Source: Alloascoidea hylecoeti
Taxonomy: Eukaryota
NCBI GenBank assembly: GCA_001600815.1
Contig: BCKZ01000024.1
Location: forward strand, 1-64,000
Direction of reading: 5' to 3'
Length of the DNA stretch: 64,000 nt
The notes under the pieces were generated by a model that saw nothing but the letters and a program-made list of their open reading frames with translations, was not told where the DNA came from and ran no database searches. The position numbers were made by a program, and so were the translations under genes. Every line of letters begins with the position of its first letter. The first letter of the stretch is position 1. Of the stretch, positions 46,352-57,310 are shown piece by piece.

Positions 46352-48037
46352 ATGAATAGGGACAAATTCCTATCTCGTTCAGACATTGAACACCTCATCT
46401 CTCAAGGCCATATAATCGTCATATACAATGAATGGGCCATTAAAATGGATAATTGGGTTAAAAATCACCCTGGTGGTGATACAGCCGTCTATCATCTCGT
46501 TGGAAGAGATGCTACTGATGAAATGAACGCATACCACTCGGACGAAACGGTAAGTGCTTTCAAGAAATGGAGAATTGGAACGGTCGAAAAGAAATGGATT
46601 AATTTCCAACCTCCAATTCGTGGCGGTAAGTTCAGAAGCTACGAAGAGCAAAAGAAAGAGGAAAAATCTTGTTTGGTATCTGCTGACAGCCCAAATGGAT
46701 TGAGCTCTTCAAGTTCGGTATCAAGTATATCCGAGCCCGATGAATCTCGAGCAAACGATATAAAAATTGATCTTCAACAAAGACTATTAGTTGACGAACA
46801 TGGGATCGCCGTTAAAACAGAAAAAATCACACCAATTGAAATTGCAAAAGTCCACAAAAGTCCACAACAAGTTATTGACGATTATGATAACGCTCTTGTT
46901 GAATATGATTATAAGACTTTGCCATCAGTTGATTATGATACTCAAAAGTTAATTTCCGATAAGTATAGAGAGCTTCATGAGGAAGTTAAGAGGCGAGGCT
47001 TTTACAAATGTAATTACTGGGCCTATTTCCGGGAACTGTGTAGAATCTCTTCTCTTTTTATGTATTCAGCGGTGTTTCTCAAACTTGGTTATATCACACT
47101 TAGTGCATTTTTTATGGGATGTGCTTGGCAACAAATGACATTTATTGCACACGATGCTGGCCACGTTGCTATTACACACAACTATCAGTTTGATAATCTC
47201 TTTGGAATACTTATTGCCGACTTTTTTGGTGGATTAAGTGTTGGCTGGTGGAAAAGGAATCACAACGTTCATCACATAATTACAAATGACCCCGTTAATG
47301 ATCCAGATATTCAACATCTACCTTTTTTTGCTGTTAGCACAAAACTTTTTGGGGACGTTTACTCTACTTATTATGAAAAGGTGTTAAAATATGATGCACT
47401 AGCAAAATTTTTGATACCGATCCAAAACTACACATACTATCCTATTTTATGTTTTGGACGTTTCAATTTGTATAGACTTTCATGGCAGCACATCTTACAA
47501 GGTCTTGGGCCTCGTCATGGAAAGGCAGCGTGGTTTAGATATTGGGAATTTGTTGGACTTAGCTTTTTCTTTTACTGGTACTTTTACCTTTTGATGTTCA
47601 CATGTCTTGATAACTGGAGAGACAGATTTGTTCATTTAATGGTTAGCCATATAACAACTATGGTAGTTCATGTCCAGATCACGTTGTCACATTTTGCAAT
47701 GTCTACGTCCGAACTTGGAGAACAAGAATCATTCCCGCAAAGGCAAAGTCGAACCACTATGGATGTTGATTGCCCCGAATGGTTTGACTATATTCATGGG
47801 GGATTACAATTTCAGTTGATACATCATTACTTCCCGAGAGTTCCACGCCACAATTTGAGAGCCTTGCAACCACTTTTGGAAGACTTTTGTAAGGAAGTTG
47901 GACTTCATTACTCAATATACAAGTTTGTTAAGGGCAACAAGATTGTTATTGGCAAACTAGGAGAGATTGGACAGCAGGCTAAGGTGCTTGCCGAATGTAC
48001 GAAGTTTATGGGAAAAGAAGGTATTTCGTACTTTTAG
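46352..48037 (+). CDS. SLD1: Sphingolipid delta-8 desaturase (cytochrome b5 fusion)
   Basis: HPGG plus HDAGH, HNVHH and QLIHH boxes. Confidence 0.9.
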   Translation: MNRDKFLSRSDIEHLISQGHIIVIYNEWAIKMDNWVKNHPGGDTAVYHLVGRDATDEMNAYHSDETVSAFKKWRIGTVEKKWINFQPPIRGGKFRSYEEQKKEEKSCLVSADSPNGLSSSSSVSSISEPDESRANDIKIDLQQRLLVDEHGIAVKTEKITPIEIAKVHKSPQQVIDDYDNALVEYDYKTLPSVDYDTQKLISDKYRELHEEVKRRGFYKCNYWAYFRELCRISSLFMYSAVFLKLGYITLSAFFMGCAWQQMTFIAHDAGHVAITHNYQFDNLFGILIADFFGGLSVGWWKRNHNVHHIITNDPVNDPDIQHLPFFAVSTKLFGDVYSTYYEKVLKYDALAKFLIPIQNYTYYPILCFGRFNLYRLSWQHILQGLGPRHGKAAWFRYWEFVGLSFFFYWYFYLLMFTCLDNWRDRFVHLMVSHITTMVVHVQITLSHFAMSTSELGEQESFPQRQSRTTMDVDCPEWFDYIHGGLQFQLIHHYFPRVPRHNLRALQPLLEDFCKEVGLHYSIYKFVKGNKIVIGKLGEIGQQAKVLAECTKFMGKEGISYF

Positions 48038-48200
48038 ATATATAGATCTAGATGGCGTCGGGTATAATGTTAATCATGGGACAATTGAAACGCCACCAAT
48101 TTTAATATTAAACGTAAATAAGTATATAAATATTAATGAATATGGTGATTTTTCTACCTCCCCTCCTTGTGAACATTTCCGTGGAGATTTAGATATTGAT

Positions 48201-49160
48201 ATGAATTCATTATATCCAGAACGTTCAAACTCTTTCTCTTTTTCTTTGTTGTCTGCTTTTAGGTTCAATCCAGAGTCAGCCAAATCCGAAGAGGAACAGT
48301 TCAAATTTAAAAATTCCCATGCGCATGCATTCATCAATTATAAGAATACTCGTTCCCTTTCTACTCCAACAACACACATAGTTTCAGATTCTATTTACGC
48401 TGGGTTTGCTAGCAATTCACATAACATGCGTCCCAGACTATTCAAGACATTTTCACACTCCCTGGAGTCCACGAAACAAGAAGATTCAAATCTAACAGAT
48501 ATCAATAACCTCCTTGAAGACCCCCCTCTAGACCCCATCGTCTTAAAGGGATACTCTTCCCTTACAAAGTACAAATTAATGTCAACAGAACTGGCAGATG
48601 ATTTGCGGAATCTTCTACCAACAAGAATGCAACTATATGGAGGTTGGCGACTTGTTTATAGTCTTGAACAGCATGGAGCCTCCTTAAGAACTCTTTATGA
48701 TAATTGTACGCCTCCACAAGGAGAGAATCCAGGATACATTATAGCAATAGAAGATCAACAAGGAAATATATTTGGTGCTTACTCTAACGTTCCACCACAC
48801 CCCACATACACAGCGCGATTCACAGGTAATGGAAGCTGCTTTGTATGGAAGACCAAATTAGTGAATACACACCGACACCAACATGAAAGCGACACAATTG
48901 AGTGCCCTACTCAGAAGCTACCAAAACATTTACAATTCAAAGCTTTCCCGCATACAGGTATAAACGCAGGAATACTTTATTGTACCCAAACTTCCCTCGC
49001 CATGGGCGTGTCAGGTGGCCATTATGCATTAATGATAGACGGCAATTTGGAAAAAGGGCAATCATTCCCCACTGAGACATTTGGCAACGAAGGTTTAAGT
49101 GACGCTGGGAATAGATTCAATATAGTGGGTGTCGAAGTGTGGAGAGTTGGAAAAGATTAA
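48201..49160 (+). CDS. OXR1: Oxidation resistance protein (TLDc domain)
   Basis: WRLVYSLEQHGASLRTLY, GNGSCFVWK, TFGNEGLS and VEVWRVG motifs. First ATG at 48201. Confidence 0.9.
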   Translation: MNSLYPERSNSFSFSLLSAFRFNPESAKSEEEQFKFKNSHAHAFINYKNTRSLSTPTTHIVSDSIYAGFASNSHNMRPRLFKTFSHSLESTKQEDSNLTDINNLLEDPPLDPIVLKGYSSLTKYKLMSTELADDLRNLLPTRMQLYGGWRLVYSLEQHGASLRTLYDNCTPPQGENPGYIIAIEDQQGNIFGAYSNVPPHPTYTARFTGNGSCFVWKTKLVNTHRHQHESDTIECPTQKLPKHLQFKAFPHTGINAGILYCTQTSLAMGVSGGHYALMIDGNLEKGQSFPTETFGNEGLSDAGNRFNIVGVEVWRVGKD

Positions 49161-49567
49161 GACTAATGCAAACCCATATTTCTATTCTTTTTTGTCATGT
49201 TTATATTTTGATCCAGCTTTAACGATAATCACAAACAGAGCAGTTTTTTTCCCTCCCTCATTCTCTCGTTCTCGAGAACTCTCTTTTTACCTATAATGAT
49301 GCTCTTTTCTTATTTTACACAACTTGCATACTTGTCAGACGTTTATTATCAATATTGTTTTATGAATTTTGGTAAGCAAAAAAACTTATAATTATAATGT
49401 GCTTATATATATAATTAGTAAATATTTAAATATATAAATAATATATAAATAACGATACTTGGAATTGATTATATTTATAATTATAGTATGTAAAAAATTT
49501 GTTATCCATTTATTAATGTCATATTTGAAGTATAATTATTTGTGCTTGTTTTCACCTCCACATTACC

Positions 49568-50230
49568 ATGTCTAATAATAATGATCATGATGAAACAACA
49601 TCAAGCACAAAACCAACGGATAATAATACACCTTATAAAAGCATTTCTATATCGCCGCCTCTACACCCAGTAGTCACAAGGAAACGGGGACCTAGCATAT
49701 CCAACAAAACATTTGCGGTATCTCCATTAAACTCTTCAGATTCATTGGATCTATCAGATAGCTCGACGTATGAGTCTGATTATGCTGGATCAGCAGGTAG
49801 CAGCTCGGATGAATTTGTACCTTTAGAGTATCTCTTAGATACCATGAAAACTGCGTTAGATTCATCTATTTTAGATAGGGGGATTGTTCAACAAGTACAA
49901 ACGTATGTATTGAAATGTAACTATATTATATTCACATCTTTTTCACTCCTCTCAGCTAACTAACCAGAAAACAGTTCTGCATTGATTAATGCAAAAACAA
50001 GAGAGATATCAGCACTACAGTCAGATCTTAATGCCCGTTTAATGGAACTACATCAAACTTCAAAATCTGGTATAAAGAATTTAAAAAGTCTAAGACAAAC
50101 TCTCTCAACTTCTCAACGACGGATACTAAAATTGAAAGAGAAAGTACGTGCTAATTATCCAATAGAATATGCCAAAGCTAAAGACAAAGTCATCTACCGG
50201 GAATTTGATGATGATGATGAATACGACTAA
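49568..50230 (+). CDS. KXD1: BLOC-1 subunit (KxDL family); exons 49568-49902, 49975-50230
   Basis: Spliced QVQTSALINAKTRE...YPIEYAKAKDKV; GTATGT...GCTAAC...CAG intron; position near DBP3 and MPC1. Confidence 0.8.
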
Positions 50231-50408
50231 ATAACCAAAGGAGAAAGTGCTAATATAATATTGGATAAAATTACTACAAGTATGATTATAATGATCCATG
50301 ATATGCAGCATTAGTGTTCCAGTTATAATCGATATCAAAATCGTTTACGACAGTACCACAACGGCCACAAGCTTAAGTTTAAGCTTAAGCGGAGAAAATT
50401 CAGTTAAA

Positions 50409-52076
50409 TTACATATAATATTTCCCTTTTAGCAAAGAAAGTAGCTTTTTGGATACCTGACTATCATTTCCAACAGCTTTTTTTAGTTTTTCATTTTGCT
50501 TTATACTTTGTATCATCTTCGCCATCTCTAATGCCTTTATTACCCACACTGTACTATATTGAAAATCATCATTGTAAATATCTAAAGCGTTTCTCAAAAA
50601 TGCACTTGCTCGGTGATAATCTGTTTTCACCAAGTAATATAAGCCGAGAAATTTAAATGCATCCAAGTTATATGGATCCAACTTTAGCATTTGTAAACAT
50701 TGGTACTCTAAAGCACCTTCATATTGCTTATCAAGTCCTTCCTTAACGAACCGCTTAAACTCAACATATTGACAAAAGCTTCTACCTTTAATCAGGTAGT
50801 AGTAGTGATCAACTGATTTCTTTCGAATATAAAGCATCGGAGTAATGATTCCATTCAGTGCTTCTGCAACACAATATTCGACTCCTTCATGTTGATTTTT
50901 ATCATGTACAACCATCCAGGCATCGAATACTAGTTTCCCCAGTTTATTCACATCCAAATGATCTATCAACTCCCTCCTTTTTTTGGTATCAAATTCACTA
51001 ATCACAGCAAAAATTTCAGGGCTGAAAACTCCTTTTAATTCATAAATATTATCAGGCACATAAATATCCATTCCTTCTGAATGCAAAGAATGATACCGAA
51101 GTTCTTTTGAATATTGTGTATATAATTTTTGTGCAATTAATGTACCCCTTGTTTTAACCACGGAATCTGTGCCACATAACTTACAATATCTTGCAAGATA
51201 AAATTCTGATTTCAAGCCATACTCAATTTGATCATAGTTATCTGCAACAGATTTGATGTCATAAATTGACGCTGTGTATAAACTTGCAATAAAAGCAGCT
51301 TTTACCATACATGTTGTTGTTGGATTCAAATGAAGAGAACTAGCATAATCATTGGGAGCTTTTCGTAGAAATGCCCTTCCTTTTATGGCATAAATAAGAC
51401 CTCTATAATCTAGGGCAATATACTTGTACTTTCCATCGGATTGAATATATTCTGTTAATATCTCTAATGCCCGATCCATTTTTGTATTTGAACATTCTTT
51501 TAAAATACAAACAGCTCCTTGTAGTTTATATTCCAGCGAATCATTTTTCGCGTTTAAGACATCTTTCGGTAATTCAATCAGAGGCATATGGTATAATTCA
51601 TTGGCTATTCTCTCACCAGAAATAATCAGATTATAATCGTCTGTCGTTTTGAACATATTTTTAAATATAGAAACGGCTTTCTTAGACAATATTCGGCCCA
51701 GCGCTTTGAATATTGTATCGTTTGTAATGAAAAGCATGAAAGCAATACAAACGTCTTCGAATGCTTCATCCCATTTTTCCAAGGACTCATAAATCAACGC
51801 TCTTCGATAGTAGCATTTCACATATAGACAATTTATCTCCAGTGCTTTTGTACAATCCTCTATCGCATACTGAAATTCATTCAAGTTTTTATAGCATTGG
51901 GCACGGTTTGAATATAGTGCCGCAGATTCAAAGTATTTTAGTCCTGTTGAATACTCTTCTAAAGCTTTCGTGAATTTCTTTTCTTTAACATAAGAGTTAC
52001 CGAGGAGCCTGAATTCTTCTGCCTTCTCTCTTCGTTGTTTTTGCGATGGATTTATGTTTTGAGGTTGAATTTCCAT
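50409..52076 (-). CDS. Divergent Tom70-like TPR protein without an obvious N-terminal membrane anchor
   Basis: TPR clamp AEEFRLLGN...LYSNRAQCY...DCTKALE...RRALIYE followed by a Tom70-like helix (LGRILSKKA). Start codon uncertain. Confidence 0.65.
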   Translation of the reverse strand: MEIQPQNINPSQKQRREKAEEFRLLGNSYVKEKKFTKALEEYSTGLKYFESAALYSNRAQCYKNLNEFQYAIEDCTKALEINCLYVKCYYRRALIYESLEKWDEAFEDVCIAFMLFITNDTIFKALGRILSKKAVSIFKNMFKTTDDYNLIISGERIANELYHMPLIELPKDVLNAKNDSLEYKLQGAVCILKECSNTKMDRALEILTEYIQSDGKYKYIALDYRGLIYAIKGRAFLRKAPNDYASSLHLNPTTTCMVKAAFIASLYTASIYDIKSVADNYDQIEYGLKSEFYLARYCKLCGTDSVVKTRGTLIAQKLYTQYSKELRYHSLHSEGMDIYVPDNIYELKGVFSPEIFAVISEFDTKKRRELIDHLDVNKLGKLVFDAWMVVHDKNQHEGVEYCVAEALNGIITPMLYIRKKSVDHYYYLIKGRSFCQYVEFKRFVKEGLDKQYEGALEYQCLQMLKLDPYNLDAFKFLGLYYLVKTDYHRASAFLRNALDIYNDDFQYSTVWVIKALEMAKMIQSIKQNEKLKKAVGNDSQVSKKLLSLLKGKYYM

Positions 52077-52380
52077 TTCCAATAACCATTTCCTGTGCCG
52101 ATAGTTGAAAAATTGTACCTAAGATGGAGAGGGTAACAAAGTGGAATATTGGAGATTTTAACGAATTATAAAAATTTAAGAGTTATAAACTTATTCTTTC
52201 CATTAATTTAAGTTACAAATAAATAGAAATATAAAAGTTATATTGATACATTCCATAACTATTTAAATGACTAGATTTGATGATCTATATACTTGTTTAA
52301 ACATGCTCTATTAAATGGGCCAAACATTGATAACCTACTGTTCTTAAATATAAATAAAAATTAATAATGTTATCTTTTAC

Positions 52381-53246
52381 TTAATCGGACTAGAAATAAT
52401 AGTAAAGTTAGTAAATTTCAGAAATGAAACCACTTTCAAAATAATAATAATTGCAAGTTACCTTTACTGGTGCTACTTCTTTGTTATCGACGCTAAAAAG
52501 AAAAAAGAAAGAAAACAGTTAGTACAATTCACCGGATTATAAAATCTCAATTATAAAAAAATAACATACTAATTATGTTTGACGAATCTAAAGCCTTGAC
52601 CTAATTGGGCACATTCATTGATAAAATGACATCCTAATAGTAAATAATTCTTTGGACGAATTGCAAGACTATATGAAATCCCACGGGTTAATAAAATCTT
52701 TAACCAAAAAATAAAGGAGACGACGATATCTCAATTGTAAAAAAACATACGAGTATTTCATAAATACCAATGAATAAACGATCAATGACCCTGTCATTGG
52801 ACCTGAGATAAGAGATGGATCTTTCTTAAGATCTAAGATGGCAGCTACTGGAATTCCAAAATTTGACACAGGACCTAGTGGAAATGAAAGATAATATTAG
52901 ACATCAAGATTATTTCCTGATATAATCACAAGATTATTGTATTTATTTTGTAAACTTACCCCAGAAATGTGTAGTGCACATATCTATTATTATTTGTCAT
53001 ATTAGCTAAACTTTCAATCTTATATTAGAAAAATGTCTCGCTTACACCTAGATAGATAATAATTAGTTTGAGGAGTTTTTTTATAATCAAGGAATAATAT
53101 ATCAATTGACAAGATTAAATAAATCCAGTAAAAATATCTCTTTGAGCAACGGTTAAATATAAAGTAACAAGAACTTACTTTAAAAAGTCTTTGGAGAATA
53201 TAAAGCTTGAAGCTTTGCTAAATGCACTAGTTGCGGCGCCGGTCAT
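52381..53246 (-). CDS. MPC1: Mitochondrial pyruvate carrier 1; exons 53246-53179, 53047-53046, 52983-52960, 52874-52751, 52668-52570, 52492-52462, 52389-52381
   Basis: Spliced protein ...[31 protein letters not shown]...PKNYLLLGCHFINE...VKSD*. All six introns are GT-AG with branch-like motifs. The last intron is less certain. Confidence 0.9.
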
Positions 53247-54082
53247 TTTTATGGATATACTGTAGAATAAAACAAATAAAGGTTTTCTTTGAGAAGTTTT
53301 ATAAAAGGTGATGGTATGCTCTATGAGACTTAGAAAAAGATGACAAGGAGCACATAACCGTAAGTTTAGAGTGAAAGTTACGGGTACTGCACTTTCTCGT
53401 TGAAAATGAAATTTGCGGGGATAACGAGGATTCACTGTTATATAAATGCGATCTTTCAGCTACTCAAATTGTCTTATGATTAAAGCAGGAAATTAAAGAA
53501 TTTCTGATCAACTATAATATCATGTTTTAGGTTATATAAATCGCGCATTTTTTGTTTTCTTTTAAAAGTGATATTTAAAATTAAAATATCTAAATTACAA
53601 AGCTTTATTTCTATTATCAGTTCATGAGGATAAATACTAATTATTGAAATGAATAAACATATTGATACTATTGAGATTCAATCTATACCTATAATTGATA
53701 TCATTTTATATATCTATATAAACAATATATAGCCAATGCATATACTTAACTACTGGATTCGACCTTAATGGAAATTCCATTCGATTTAATCAACTTAGGC
53801 TTTAATGTTTTTCAATTTCAACAGGACGTTTCCGTTAGCCATTCAGAAAGGTCGCACGAACATAATCAATATATTGATTCATTAACTGTATACGAGGTTA
53901 TAAGTAAAAATGCAAGAGGGTGTCATGAAGAACACCAATTGAAGTAAACGCCAAAACATCTACCCAACTTTTTTAATAAGTGTCGATTTCAATTAAAAAT
54001 AATGACAAAGGTAAAGAGAAAGAAGAAGACAGATGAAGGTTAACATAAAAATTAACATGAAAATTAATATTAATATTAAGAG

Positions 54083-54155
54083 TAAGATGGAGATGGAGAT
54101 AAAGATAAAGATGAAGATGAAGATGAAGATGAAGATAAAGATGAAGATGAAGATA
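54083..54155. repeat. (GATGAA/GATGGA/GATAAA)n hexamer tandem repeat
   Basis: Read directly from the sequence; it generates the spurious LHLHLH ORF. Confidence 0.8.
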
Positions 54156-54379
54156 TAGCAGTGTATGCGAGCATAAGGTTATGAATGTAGAAATCATAGC
54201 TCGGTTAAAGAATATTATATGCAATAAAATGTCAAATTTCAAGATCTGCGGCGTAGATAATACAGATACAAATAATCTATTGTACACCATATTAATTTTC
54301 TTGAATGTGAAGAGGAGTCCCTAGGATATAATGATAAATGGTTAAAGGATCGGGGAAATTTTGGGGAATAGGTGATGCA

Positions 54380-55243
54380 TCACCAACAATTATCATTTTC
54401 TATAGAGAAAATTCTTTGAAAATCGGTGGTAGATGTAAGACGGTTATGTTGTGACACAAGCCTTGGTAGATCTCTATTAACGGAGTAAGAGGACAATCTT
54501 TCGTATGAATTCCCATTGTTGGACAAAAATAACTCTCCAGATTCCGAGTCTAATGTGCTACCAAAACTAAGTTTTCGAGCCTGTTTAGCTAATTTATCGT
54601 ACATTTCCATTGAAAGGGTTTTCCATTCACCATTTGAGTCGAAGATTGGGCCATCAATAATGTTGGAGTCTGTGTCTTCGAGGGACGGATCAATAGATGC
54701 ATTTAGATGTGGTTCAAGATCAGTCAATACTTCACATTCATTATCACAAATATCGTTATATGAAAAAACGTTGGGGTAAAATGTTCGAAGACCACTAATA
54801 TTGATTTGAGAGCTCGAAGTATTGTCCGTGCTATTTGTTAAACCGTGAGAATCTATGTGCTCACTGCCATTTGAGCTATGGGTCCTAATCCTTGGGGTGA
54901 TAACTCCAGAGTCATTATTATAAATATTTGAATTTGTAGGCTGTGGATGTGCAGAGCGATTTAAATTTTCATTATTATTAATATTCACCAGCTCAGTATC
55001 ATGTAGTGTTCCAATATGACCCTCAGGGTGGTTAGAAGATTGATTTTGACGAACAGCGACTCCTGTCTGGACCTGACCGGAACGAATCATGATGGGTTGG
55101 ACTGTGGTGCGGACCAAATGAACAGCATTACAAGTGGGGCAAAAATTTTTAATGATGGTAACATGATCAGAAGTATTAGTTGATGAATTTTGTGAGACAC
55201 ATTTGTTTGGTGAAGGTTCACCAGAATCATAAAGACGTCCCAT
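54380..55243 (-). CDS. Hypothetical low-complexity protein (single CxxC)
   Basis: About 287-codon open frame in AT-rich DNA; no family recognised. Confidence 0.5.
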   Translation of the reverse strand: MGRLYDSGEPSPNKCVSQNSSTNTSDHVTIIKNFCPTCNAVHLVRTTVQPIMIRSGQVQTGVAVRQNQSSNHPEGHIGTLHDTELVNINNNENLNRSAHPQPTNSNIYNNDSGVITPRIRTHSSNGSEHIDSHGLTNSTDNTSSSQINISGLRTFYPNVFSYNDICDNECEVLTDLEPHLNASIDPSLEDTDSNIIDGPIFDSNGEWKTLSMEMYDKLAKQARKLSFGSTLDSESGELFLSNNGNSYERLSSYSVNRDLPRLVSQHNRLTSTTDFQRIFSIENDNCW

Positions 55244-55714
55244 TTCCAACGTGAGTATTCCTAAAAAAGCCTTTAGTGATCGACCGGATGGAAGAAAAAA
55301 AAGATATTAATATTTGAAAAGAAAACAAGGTTTTCAAGATTCCAAGGGTTTTAAAGTTTCTGCGACGGTTGGATATTTTTTGGACTTAAATCGCGGTCAC
55401 GGGACCTGCATGTATGATTATGGCCAGTCGCAGCCATATGGCTATGCAGGGTCTATTTTAGTGTGGGATATTATCCAACAACCCATAAGATCATAACGTT
55501 GGCCTAGAATCGGTCCTTTAAACGTTAATGTTATTTTATAGTTGGTTACAAAAGTAACTTTCCAATTCGTAACCTTAAATCGAAGCTTAATGGAGCGCCA
55601 TATATGGGACCGACTCCCTTCAAATTTCAAAATTCAAAAGATTTTCATCAGTACAAGTACGGACATGGCCATCAACAAATCTATGTTGTATAAGATATCT
55701 ACCCTTCAGCCTCA

Positions 55715-56908
55715 ATGAATCCTCCAAACATACAGCGAACCACGTCAAATGTTTCTATCTTTGACCCTACAGTCAGATCTGCAACTGCTAATACTGACTC
55801 GATACATCAAAAATTAGATGTTCAATTCAGAAATTCCGATCCACTATGTCTTGCTCCTATAACATCTTCGGGGATCAATTCTTCTCCAACCCATAACTTC
55901 ATAACTTGCCCCAAAAGAAATAGATCTGTTTCCTGCTCAGAAAATACACTGAAGGCTGTTAAAACTGAACAAGATCGATATTCTTCGCTCCGACCATCAA
56001 CCCGCTCAATTGAAAAATTATACCCTATTTATTCTCCTATTAATGACCTATCCACACCTCGCACTACTGAAAATTCATCTTCTAGGTCTATATTGAAACG
56101 ACTAAAATCACGATTAAAGACAAGGAGTGTTGCAAGATTATCACGACGGACAAGAAATGGTAGTATATCCAGTGAAATGTCTTCCGTATCTGGTTCTGTT
56201 CTGTCATCACCTGCAGCGGCTGATATCGATAGTAATTATTTTTCAAATAACATCTCCCGCAATAATCCAAGCCTAGCCCCAACCCCAGATGTCAGAATGT
56301 TGGACTCGCTACGAATATCTTCTTCTTCAACCTTACAATCTATAATAACCCCAGAATTTTCAATTACATCGGCTAATGATGATAAAAATGATAGCGATGA
56401 TGATTTATCACAATATTATAATTCAGCGGCTAAATATTTAGAATCAACGGTATCTAATGTAAGATTTGGCCCAATATTTAGAGAACTTTCAGAATTTGAC
56501 ATTTGTTCTCAAAGATTAGGCCTAGGAGTTCCCTCCTCACCAACATTCGATCATGATCAACAATTATTACCATCATTAAATTCTATTAAATCTTCAAATT
56601 CTTTGCAATCGCAATTGAAAAATGAGTCAATAGAAGAAGAAGAATTAGAATATGAAGGTTGTTCTATCAAATCCCAATCAGACACTAGCGTTATTTTTAA
56701 TCCAGTGACATCTATTGTTCCACAAGAATCACCATGTGAAGATCCATCATGTAACTGTATGGGAATTAATGGAACAGCCAAAGATCAAGCATCGGGTTTT
56801 AATATTACTGAGAAAAAAATGATGGAAAGTGGATGGAGTTCTCCTGAGCATATATTATCTAGAAGAAAACATCATAAGCACATAAAAGAAAGTCTATTTG
56901 TGACATAG
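55715..56908 (+). CDS. Hypothetical Ser-rich, probably disordered protein
   Basis: 397-codon ORF; no family recognised. Confidence 0.6.
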   Translation: MNPPNIQRTTSNVSIFDPTVRSATANTDSIHQKLDVQFRNSDPLCLAPITSSGINSSPTHNFITCPKRNRSVSCSENTLKAVKTEQDRYSSLRPSTRSIEKLYPIYSPINDLSTPRTTENSSSRSILKRLKSRLKTRSVARLSRRTRNGSISSEMSSVSGSVLSSPAAADIDSNYFSNNISRNNPSLAPTPDVRMLDSLRISSSSTLQSIITPEFSITSANDDKNDSDDDLSQYYNSAAKYLESTVSNVRFGPIFRELSEFDICSQRLGLGVPSSPTFDHDQQLLPSLNSIKSSNSLQSQLKNESIEEEELEYEGCSIKSQSDTSVIFNPVTSIVPQESPCEDPSCNCMGINGTAKDQASGFNITEKKMMESGWSSPEHILSRRKHHKHIKESLFVT

Positions 56909-57203
56909 CTATAAAAGTAGACAAATAGCAAAATTTTGTATATGTATTTATAAATATGGATTTTAGCAAAGGTAAATAGTTGTATTTTTAGCTGTACACT
57001 AACAATTGGTGCTCATACACAAAATGATTTCGTCTCGTGAAACAAATTCCAACATTACTTACAATTGTATAATTCGCGTCTTGTTGACTTCATAGATAAT
57101 ATTGGAAATGACTCTATAAAGGTGCTTGACACCAAAACAAAATATTTGGCGAATTATATTTTAAGGATATGCGAATTAAAATTGTTTTATTTATATTTTG
57201 CAT

Positions 57204-57227
57204 TTTATGTTGCCATGGCAACATAAA
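57204..57227. promoter_or_regulatory. 24-bp perfect palindrome containing an RFX X-box
   Basis: TTTATGTTGCCATGGCAACATAAA, about 85 bp upstream of the YCG1 ATG. Confidence 0.75.
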
Positions 57228-57310
57228 TTATTTGATCCGAAATCAAATCTTCTTAGAAATATTATGAAGTATAACAATAACATCAACATTCAAAATTATC
57301 AATCACCACA

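Noticed and set aside
47967..48200. OXR1 extension overlapping the SLD1 3' end
   Set aside because: TTG-started with no supporting motif; the ATG at 48201 suffices.
53973..54290. 105-aa LHLHLH ORF
   Set aside because: Product of a hexamer tandem repeat.
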